Part shown: positions 47,288 through 55,310 of the stretch, in pieces
How positions within the stretch are numbered: position 1 is the stretch's first letter
Layout of the letters: the number at the start of each line of letters is the position of its first letter
Virus record (IMG/VR): IMGVR_UViG_3300012665_000810
Location: 1-55,310 of that record
DNA length: 55,310 nt
Source: a virus
Lineage: Duplodnaviria > Caudoviricetes
Strand: one strand, 5' to 3'
The notes under the pieces: model-generated
Told to the model about the DNA's origin: nothing
Database searches by the model: none
The model's input: the letters and a program-made list of their open reading frames with translations, nothing else
Position numbers and translations under genes: made by a program

Positions 47288-50200
47288 ATGGCTGAATTTA
47301 AATTAGGTAGAATTAGATTTGTATGGAAAGCAGACTGGGCAACCAGCACACCATATTATAAAGACGATATCGTCCACTATGGCGGTAAAACATTCCTCTG
47401 CGTAGTAGGGCATACCGCTGCTGCAGATTTCTATACAGATTTAGAAAATATTCCAACAAAATGGAATCAATTTTCAGATGGTCAAGTGTGGAAAGGAAAT
47501 TGGACTGCAACTGGCACATTATATAAAATTGGCGATATTGTAAAATACGGCGGCCTAGTTTATATTTGTAATGAAGGACATACTAGCCAAGCTACATTAG
47601 AAGCTGATCAGGGTAATTGGGACACGTTTGCCGAAGCATTTGATTGGAAAGGTAACTGGGCAATCAACACTACTTACAAAGTCAATGACGTTGTTAAGTA
47701 CGGTGGATATGTATACCTATGTAATGCTGCACACACATCGGCAGCAAATACAACATTAGGCCTTGAGGCAAATATCGCCAGCTGGGACGTATACTCTCAA
47801 GGTACAGAATGGAAAGGCGATTGGGCAACTAGCACTCGCTATAAACTTGGCGACTTAATAAAATACGGCGGAACAACCTACGTATGTAATACATCTCACA
47901 CATCTAACGCTTCCGCTGCTAGTGGATTAGAAGCAGATCAAAGTAAGTGGGATTATTTCAACCAAGGCATTGATTATAAAGGTGCTTGGAGTGGCTTAAC
48001 AGTTCGTTATAAAGTTAACGATGTAGTTAAGAACGGTGGCGGCACATGGATCTGTGTGACAAATCACACAAGTACAAGTAACTTTGTAACTGATCAAACT
48101 AACTGGAATAAATTTGTTGAAGGTGTACAATATCGTGTAGACTGGACATCTGGACAAACATATCAACCAGGCGATTTTGTTCGCTATGGTGGTAATAATT
48201 ATATCTCTAAAACAGCACATGTTGCATCAGGAGGATCTCCTCCATCAACAAACACCACAGACTGGTCATTGTTTGCAACAGGATTTAGTCTTGTAGGCGA
48301 CTGGAGCACTGGTACTGCGTATCGTGTCGGTGAAGTTGTTCGCAACAACGGTTATACATATGTTGCGCTATCAGACAGCCAAGCACAAAAGCCACCAAAT
48401 GCCACATACTGGTCAAAATTAAATGAAGGTATTAAATGGAGAAGCAATTGGTTAACTAGCACAACATACGAGCTAGGCGATGCAGTCAAAGATGGTGCCA
48501 ATAGTTATATCTGTATACTTTCTCACACTTCAGGTGCTCCAAGCAAACCAACTACTGATGTAGCTGGTACATATTGGAATTTACTAACAGGCGGTAACGA
48601 AGAAAGCGTCTTAACTACAACCGGCGACTTAGTTTACTATGGCGGCGCAGGAGCAACACGCTTACCTGTCGGCGATGCTGGACAAGTACTTGCTGTCGAA
48701 AACGGTTTACCAGCGTGGACATACTTTGGCCGTGTTGCAAAAGTATTTTATGTTGGCCCTAATGGTGTAAACAGCCCATCACCAACATATGGTTTAACCA
48801 TCGATCAGCCATTTGCTAGCGTACGATACGCTCTTGAGCAAATTGAAAAAGGTTATCAAAATGCTAATGCTGGATATCTATTAAAAAATAATAGACAATT
48901 TATTCAGAAAGAAATTGTTGAATATATTGATTACAACATTACAAACTCAGTTAGTCCATTTACTGGATTGAGCTACGATAAAACAACATGTCAACGTGAC
49001 ATGGGATTATTGATAGATGCAATTATTCATGACCTAACACATAGCGGAAATGTAAAAGTTCTTGAAGCCGCTCGTGCATACTACAATACACTAGGTACTG
49101 GATATATTACAACACCGTTTGGCACACAAGTTGCACAAACAGTTGCCGCTATCAATTACGGATTGACATTAATTGGAAATGTATTAGCAAATACTGCTCC
49201 GGTTGCTAACTATCAAACATTAAATGGTATTAGTGTTGGTAGTAGAATCAAACAATATATCGATACTAACTACACAGCTGAAAGCGGCACTACTACTTTA
49301 GCTACATCGTTGACAGCAGTGGTCACTGATGCGTTGACTGCTGGTAACACTAACAGCTTACCAATAGCAGATACTCCAAATTATACAGTTTTTGTAAAAA
49401 CTGGCCAATTCTACGAAGTATTGCCAATGCGTGTGCCAGCGAATACAGCCATTGTCGGTGATGAACTACGTTCGGCACGAATCAGTCCAGCTGGAAAGAT
49501 TACTGCAACTAATGATAAAGCAAAATCTGTCGCAGCGATTGCACGTATTCGTTCTATTACAGATGAAATTATTACTAATGTAACAGTTACTCCTACTTCT
49601 GGTAACACAGCAACACAAGTTACCACAGCACAAATTGCTGGTAGTACTGGTAGTTCAACCGCAGTAACATCTGTACAAAATAATACCGCTGAAATTAAAG
49701 ATATCCTAACTAACGGTCTCGGAGCAGTCAGTGCTTACGTTTATCCAGATCCATCTGGATATAGTGCAAACTGGAGTAATGCTCGTAGATTAATTCTTGC
49801 TAACAAAGCATTCTTGCAAGACGAAGTTAGCGAATGGATTCTTGCACAAATTGCTGGTAACATTAGCCCGTTTGTAGGATTTACCTACACAGGAACACGT
49901 AGAACTAAATGCGAACGTGACGTTGGCTACATTGTTGATGCACTTGTTTACGACTTAACCTACGGCGAAACAAGCGGATGCAACCTAGCTACACAAATAG
50001 TAGCTCGTTCATATTATTCATACGGTGTATTTGTTGAGCCAACAGTTGAAAAAGCACCAGCGTTGGCTGTGCAAAATCGTATTAAAGATATTATTGATAA
50101 TATTGCTACTGGTAACACAGCTGGCTGGACAAAAACAACAGCACTAGTACAAGATGTTAGCGGTACACCAGGTGGCGGTACTGCACCTGCATTTGCTCAA

Positions 50201-53200
50201 GCACGTATCCAAGAAGTATACGATACTATCAATACTGGAACAACACCAACAACTATTGCACCAAGTACAGCGTGGGTAGCAACAGCACTAGTAACTGCTG
50301 GTGCAGCAGTAGCAGCAGCAAAAGCAGATATTCAAACTCATGCAACTGATTATGTTGATGTAAATTACCCAACATTGAAATACACTAAAGAGACATGTGC
50401 TCGCGATGTTGGCTACATGGTTGATGCATTGATGTACGATTTAATGTTTGGATCAAATTTCTTATCAATCCAAGCCGGTATGTCATATTACAGAGGAACA
50501 TCTAGCGCACAAGTAGTAATTGCAAACCAATTGGCTGCAACTAACTCAATTATTGATTTTGTTTCTAAGAAAACATCATTAATTGCTGCATCTGGCGCAG
50601 CAGTTCTTGCAGATAATTTGTGGGCAGATATTAGCAGTTATATTAATACAGGCACACGACCAATAGTGACTGGCTCTGTAAAACCAACTGTTGACCTAAC
50701 AGTACTCAACGGTGCAGAAAATTTAAGATTAAATGCATCATTCTTAGCAGCAGAAGCTACAGCTTATGTTATTAACACAAATAAATCAACTGTAACCGCT
50801 ACAACTGGCAGTACTACAGATACATTAACAGGTGACACATCCTGGATGGTAGCTGGCGATACGATTAGATTTACAGGTACAGTATTCGGCGGAGTTTCTC
50901 TTAATACAACCTACTATGTTCACACAGTAGTAGGCGGAACAACATTTAAAATTAGTGACACATTAGGTGGTGCAGTTAAAGACTTAACTACCGCATCTGG
51001 CTCAATGACTGTAACTTATTATTTCAGTGAAGCAAGATGCCAGAATGATGTTATTAATTATGTAAATGCTATTGCTGATGACTTAGTATATACAGGCAAC
51101 TACAATTCTGTAATGGCTGCACGTTATTACAGAAGTGCATTGACAGGTTCTAAACTTGAAGACATGTTCTATGTTGTTAACGGTTGCGGATTACGCAATT
51201 GTACACTTACAGGATTAGATGGAAGTTCCGACGGTAATACCACTGGAGTCCAGTCACCATTAACTGCTGAACCAAACGAGTACGGCACTAAGCGTCCAAA
51301 TGCAGGTGCGTATGTTTCTCTTAACCCAGGTTGGGGTCCAAGCGATCAACGAGCATGGATTTCTACTAAGTCTACCTACGTACAAAACGTAACAACATTT
51401 GGTATTGGCTGTGTAGGACAAAAGATCGACGGCTCATTGCATGCAGGCGGTAACGATTCTATCGTATCAAACGACTTTACACAAGTATTGTCAGACGGTA
51501 TTGGTGCGTGGGTTACTAACTTAGGTCGTGCAGAACTTGTTTCTGTGTTCTCATACTACAACTACATCGGCTATCTAGCTGAAAACGGTGGTAAAATCCG
51601 TGCTACTAACGGTAACAACTCCTACGGTACCTTTGGTTCTGTTGCTGAATACATTGATATCAGTGAGCAAGAAGTTATCGGTAATGTAACTAATAGACTA
51701 GCAGGAGCAGGTGTTGCTAACGTGATGCTAAGTGGCGAAGAAGTTTTTGCATTAGAATATTCTAATGCAGGATCTGAATATACATCTGCAACTTATAGCT
51801 TCTCTGGTTCTGGATCGGGCGTGGCTGCAACAGGCGACGAGTTCCGCGACGGTGCAGTATTCCAAGTACGCTTAGTTGATCCGGGCGATTCAACAGGCGG
51901 TGGTGGTGCAAACTATCTAACATCGTCTAATACCGCGCAAGGCGGCACAGCTACTCAAATTACTCTTGCAGCAGCAGATAATCAAGCAAGTGCGGCATAC
52001 GTTGGTATGTTCATTTACTTGACAGCAGGTACAGGTGCAGGACAATTTGGATACATTACATCATACAATGCAGCAAGCAAAGTAGCTTTGGTTTCTAAAG
52101 AATCTACAGGTACAGCAGGTTGGGATCATGTTGTTCCAGGAACAGCTATCGAAAGTGCTCTTGCTGTAACAACAACGTATACAATTACTCCAAGACTAAC
52201 ATTTACAGCACCTCCATTTACAACATCAACATCAACATTACCTAGTTCTCAAAACTGGACAGATGTTGCCTACGGCGATGGTACTGGTTCATATACTAGT
52301 CTATCAGCAACAGGCGGCAGCGGCTCTTTAGCAACATTTGATGTTACTCGCAGAGAAGGTGTTTACACCGTTGCCGTTAATGTGCCTGGTGTACTTTACA
52401 CAGCTGGAAACACTTTAACAATTTTAGGTACAAGTCTAGGCGGTACAAGTCCAGCAAACGACCTTACAATTACAGTAGCTACAGTAGCCACTGGTAGTAA
52501 TGGAGTAGCTACAGTAACAGCTAGCGGAACAGCAGTGACACAGAAATATGTAGCTGTTGCCTACGGAACAACCGCAGCAGCAGTATCAACAAACGGAACA
52601 ACTTGGTCAGCAATGGCTATGCCGGCTGCATTGAACTGGACTGCTATCGATTACGGTACTGTAGCAGGCGTAGGATATTATGTAGCAGTAGCTACCGGTG
52701 CGTCTGTAGCTTATTATTCCACAGACGGTGTAAACTGGTCTAGTGGTTCTGTTGGATTAGGCGCATGGTCAGATATTGCCTACGGTAACGGAACATTTAT
52801 TGCTATTGCTCAAGCATCAACTTCGCAAACAACTTATGCAAAATCGTCAAACGGTGGTGTAACTTGGACATCAAGTACATTTGCTGCTGGTTCAACAGCA
52901 ATTGCCTACGGCGGCGGCAAGTTTGTTACAGTACAAGGCGGCGGTAGCAGAAACTCTGCATACTCGTCTAATTTAGGTGGCGCATGGACTGTAGTTCAGT
53001 TGCCAACCAATAACGATTCGTCTAATTCTAATTGGTTAGATATTGCCTACGGTAACGGTAGATTTGTTGCTATTGCTGACAATGCAGCACAAGCAGCTTA
53101 CTCATTAAACGGCACTACATGGACTAAGAGTGTATTACCACAGATCTACGAGTGGTCTTCAATACAATACGGACAAGGTGTGTTCTATGTAACATCATAC

Positions 53201-55310
53201 GGATCAGAAGCAGTAAGTTCTCCAGACGGAGTTACTTGGACTGAGCGTGATGGCAAATACACAAGTGTAACAGTAACATCAACATCCAAGGACACAACAG
53301 CATCAACATACACCGCAAGAACATTGCCAAGCACTAGCTACTGGACTGATGTAATTTGGACTGGTGCAAAATTTGTTGCAATCGGTCATGATAACTCAGC
53401 AGCGATTGTTGGAGCAACCTCAACAGACGGCGAAGTATGGGCTAATTTAACTATGCCATCGGTTAGTGCATATACAGCATCTGCATTAGCATACAATGGT
53501 TCTAATAAGTATGTTGGGTTAATTCAAGATTCTCGTAACATTGTTTACTCAGCAGACGGCACAACATGGTTGTCAACACTAAATGCTATTCCTACAACTG
53601 GCGGTTGGTCAGACATGGTATACGGCGACAAGTTTGTAGGTATCAGTGGTTCTCAAAATAGAACAGCTTATTCCTCAGATGGAGTAACATGGTTAAACGG
53701 TACAATTAGCCCTAGCTCAACAGAATACACAAGTATTGCCTACGGTAACGTTGGTGCTAACACATATTATGTTGTAGTTTCTGGTTCATCTGGTACTAGC
53801 CAAGTTAGTGCTTACTCAGCAGACGGTATTACATGGACAGCCGGTAATACAATGCCTAGTGCAGATGTATGGAGTTCTGTAGCTTATGGCGGCAGTCGCT
53901 TTGTTGCAGTTGCAGGTAACACAACTGGCACAACTACAACTAAAGCCGCTTACTCAACTAACGGTACAACCTGGGCAGCAGCAACAATGCCTGGCGCAGC
54001 AGCAGCCTGGAATAAAGTTATCTACGGTGGCGGCGCATTTACAGCATTTGCATATGGCAGCACAAGAACAGCATATTCTACAAACGGTGTAACATGGGTA
54101 GAAGGTCCTGCAAGTTCATCTACTAGCACATGGATCGCAGGAGCATACGGCAATTCTAGAAATGTAGCATTGTCAGGCTCGGGCAGTAACAAGGCAGAAA
54201 GTTTAAACTTTGTGTTAGATACAAATTACCTAACATTAACAACACCATCGTCGTTACTCAAAGTCAATCAACGAGTTAGATTCTCTGGCACAGTGATTGG
54301 CGGATTACGAAATGATACTCCTTATTGGATCACTTCAGTTAATGGCACTACACAGTTTACAGTTTCTACTAGCAAAGGCGGCAGCGCCGTAGTAGTAAGT
54401 ACTGCATCTGGTTCAATGACTGGTACAGTTAGTGCTAGTTATCAAGCATCTGTATTAGGAAATCCAGGTGGCACACCAACATGGGCAGTGATTAGTGACG
54501 GCACCGACGGAGTCTTGAATATTAGACAAGGTGCTAAAACAATGGCTAGGGCCTATGTTAGCAATAATAGAATTGCTGAAATTTGGGTTAGAGAGCCAGG
54601 ATCAGGTTATGTATCTGCTCCAACAATGACTATCACTGATCCAAATAATACAGGGTCAGATGCTCCGGTATCTGTAAGAATTGGAAACGGTGCTCTTGCA
54701 CAACCAACATTTACTAATAGAGGAACAGGTTATGCTGCTGCTACATCTAGTATTATTGGAAATGGTTATTCTGATAACTATCAATTAGGTAGCTATGTTG
54801 GCTTTACTAACTTAACAAGTATTCCTGTAGCAGGTTCTAACGTGCAGATTGCAGGTATCGACGACATTTGGTACAGATTAGTTAACGTAACTGGTGTTGC
54901 GCAAGATGCAAACACTGGATTATATTCAGCTACCTTGCAGATTAGCCCACCGATTAACAATGCAGAAGCACCTGAGCATCTAACTGTAACAACAATTAGA
55001 CGCAGATATAGTCAAGTTCGACTAACAGGACATGACTTCTTAAGCATTGGTACTGGGAATCAAACAACTACTAACTATCCAGGTCTACCATTATACGACG
55101 CTATTCCAGCGAACGAAACTGTAGACTCCGGAGGCGGTCGTGTATTCTACACAAGTACTGACCAAGATGGTAACTTTAGAGTAGGTGGATTGTTTAACGT
55201 TGAACAATCGACCGGTGTTGCAACATTGAATGCTGATGCATTTAATATTGCAGGTTTGAACGAATTGAGCTTGGGATCAGTAGCACTTGGCGGTACAGGT
55301 GCTATTATTC
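47288..55310 (+). CDS. Giant multi-domain fibre protein B (>2670 aa), paralog of fibre A, truncated by the window end
   Basis: Not in the ORF track (no stop in window). Begins MAEFKLGRIRFVWKADW (fibre A: MAEFKLSRLKFTWLGAW). The window ends in GNFRVGGLFNVEQSTGVATLNADAFNIAGLNELSLG, matching the near-C-terminal region of fibre A. Confidence 0.85.
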   Translation, partial: MAEFKLGRIRFVWKADWATSTPYYKDDIVHYGGKTFLCVVGHTAAADFYTDLENIPTKWNQFSDGQVWKGNWTATGTLYKIGDIVKYGGLVYICNEGHTSQATLEADQGNWDTFAEAFDWKGNWAINTTYKVNDVVKYGGYVYLCNAAHTSAANTTLGLEANIASWDVYSQGTEWKGDWATSTRYKLGDLIKYGGTTYVCNTSHTSNASAASGLEADQSKWDYFNQGIDYKGAWSGLTVRYKVNDVVKNGGGTWICVTNHTSTSNFVTDQTNWNKFVEGVQYRVDWTSGQTYQPGDFVRYGGNNYISKTAHVASGGSPPSTNTTDWSLFATGFSLVGDWSTGTAYRVGEVVRNNGYTYVALSDSQAQKPPNATYWSKLNEGIKWRSNWLTSTTYELGDAVKDGANSYICILSHTSGAPSKPTTDVAGTYWNLLTGGNEESVLTTTGDLVYYGGAGATRLPVGDAGQVLAVENGLPAWTYFGRVAKVFYVGPNGVNSPSPTYGLTIDQPFASVRYALEQIEKGYQNANAGYLLKNNRQFIQKEIVEYIDYNITNSVSPFTGLSYDKTTCQRDMGLLIDAIIHDLTHSGNVKVLEAARAYYNTLGTGYITTPFGTQVAQTVAAINYGLTLIGNVLANTAPVANYQTLNGISVGSRIKQYIDTNYTAESGTTTLATSLTAVVTDALTAGNTNSLPIADTPNYTVFVKTGQFYEVLPMRVPANTAIVGDELRSARISPAGKITATNDKAKSVAAIARIRSITDEIITNVTVTPTSGNTATQVTTAQIAGSTGSSTAVTSVQNNTAEIKDILTNGLGAVSAYVYPDPSGYSANWSNARRLILANKAFLQDEVSEWILAQIAGNISPFVGFTYTGTRRTKCERDVGYIVDALVYDLTYGETSGCNLATQIVARSYYSYGVFVEPTVEKAPALAVQNRIKDIIDNIATGNTAGWTKTTALVQDVSGTPGGGTAPAFAQARIQEVYDTINTGTTPTTIAPSTAWVATALVTAGAAVAAAKADIQTHATDYVDVNYPTLKYTKETCARDVGYMVDALMYDLMFGSNFLSIQAGMSYYRGTSSAQVVIANQLAATNSIIDFVSKKTSLIAASGAAVLADNLWADISSYINTGTRPIVTGSVKPTVDLTVLNGAENLRLNASFLAAEATAYVINTNKSTVTATTGSTTDTLTGDTSWMVAGDTIRFTGTVFGGVSLNTTYYVHTVVGGTTFKISDTLGGAVKDLTTASGSMTVTYYFSEARCQNDVINYVNAIADDLVYTGNYNSVMAARYYRSALTGSKLEDMFYVVNGCGLRNCTLTGLDGSSDGNTTGVQSPLTAEPNEYGTKRPNAGAYVSLNPGWGPSDQRAWISTKSTYVQNVTTFGIGCVGQKIDGSLHAGGNDSIVSNDFTQVLSDGIGAWVTNLGRAELVSVFSYYNYIGYLAENGGKIRATNGNNSYGTFGSVAEYIDISEQEVIGNVTNRLAGAGVANVMLSGEEVFALEYSNAGSEYTSATYSFSGSGSGVAATGDEFRDGAVFQVRLVDPGDSTGGGGANYLTSSNTAQGGTATQITLAAADNQASAAYVGMFIYLTAGTGAGQFGYITSYNAASKVALVSKESTGTAGWDHVVPGTAIESALAVTTTYTITPRLTFTAPPFTTSTSTLPSSQNWTDVAYGDGTGSYTSLSATGGSGSLATFDVTRREGVYTVAVNVPGVLYTAGNTLTILGTSLGGTSPANDLTITVATVATGSNGVATVTASGTAVTQKYVAVAYGTTAAAVSTNGTTWSAMAMPAALNWTAIDYGTVAGVGYYVAVATGASVAYYSTDGVNWSSGSVGLGAWSDIAYGNGTFIAIAQASTSQTTYAKSSNGGVTWTSSTFAAGSTAIAYGGGKFVTVQGGGSRNSAYSSNLGGAWTVVQLPTNNDSSNSNWLDIAYGNGRFVAIADNAAQAAYSLNGTTWTKSVLPQIYEWSSIQYGQGVFYVTSYGSEAVSSPDGVTWTERDGKYTSVTVTSTSKDTTASTYTARTLPSTSYWTDVIWTGAKFVAIGHDNSAAIVGATSTDGEVWANLTMPSVSAYTASALAYNGSNKYVGLIQDSRNIVYSADGTTWLSTLNAIPTTGGWSDMVYGDKFVGISGSQNRTAYSSDGVTWLNGTISPSSTEYTSIAYGNVGANTYYVVVSGSSGTSQVSAYSADGITWTAGNTMPSADVWSSVAYGGSRFVAVAGNTTGTTTTKAAYSTNGTTWAAATMPGAAAAWNKVIYGGGAFTAFAYGSTRTAYSTNGVTWVEGPASSSTSTWIAGAYGNSRNVALSGSGSNKAESLNFVLDTNYLTLTTPSSLLKVNQRVRFSGTVIGGLRNDTPYWITSVNGTTQFTVSTSKGGSAVVVSTASGSMTGTVSASYQASVLGNPGGTPTWAVISDGTDGVLNIRQGAKTMARAYVSNNRIAEIWVREPGSGYVSAPTMTITDPNNTGSDAPVSVRIGNGALAQPTFTNRGTGYAAATSSIIGNGYSDNYQLGSYVGFTNLTSIPVAGSNVQIAGIDDIWYRLVNVTGVAQDANTGLYSATLQISPPINNAEAPEHLTVTTIRRRYSQVRLTGHDFLSIGTGNQTTTNYPGLPLYDAIPANETVDSGGGRVFYTSTDQDGNFRVGGLFNVEQSTGVATLNADAFNIAGLNELSLGSVALGGTGAII

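Noticed and set aside
24472-54092. Short antisense or out-of-frame ORFs within tape measure, portal, head and fibre genes
   Set aside because: Fully nested in well-supported genes; explained by codon bias leaving alternative frames open.
46640-55310. Diversity-generating retroelement template/variable repeat between the similar 3' ends of the two fibre genes
   Set aside because: Differences are spread over all bases as in old paralogs, not adenine-specific; no reverse transcriptase in the window.
1-55310. Stop-codon reassignment (none of the called genes ends in TAG)
   Set aside because: All long genes are intact in code 11 with no in-frame TAG or TGA; TAG avoidance alone is ordinary in AT-rich phages.

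Overview
A 55 kb piece of a large, AT-rich T4-superfamily (myovirus-type) phage genome, read in the standard genetic code. From left to right it holds a minus-strand baseplate module (a giant >2640 aa wedge protein running off the left edge, then gp6-, gp25-, gp5-, gp27-, gp53- and gp48/54-like genes) and a plus-strand operon of late sigma factor gp55, gp47, gp46, a small Hc1-like basic protein and a minimal GIY-YIG nuclease. Next come a gp26-like chaperone divergent from a tape-measure protein with a muramidase domain, the head module (portal, glycosyltransferase-like gene, core, protease, scaffold, major capsid), and a cluster of fibre/appendage genes ending in two giant paralogous fibre proteins, the second running off the right edge. 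Two giant CDSs (1..7921 minus, 47288..>55310 plus) and one frameshift-accessed ORF are missing from the supplied ORF track. The best candidate for an undescribed system is a ~360-440 nt densely structured non-coding RNA directly after the GIY-YIG gene, with a pseudoknot and a two-fold symmetric guide-like internal loop. Other highlights are a -1 frameshift cassette in the gp26-like chaperone, phycobiliprotein-like C-x-R-D repeats in a virion fibre, and structured late-gene leaders. All protein calls are motif recognition by eye and all RNA folds are hand-derived; no searches were run.
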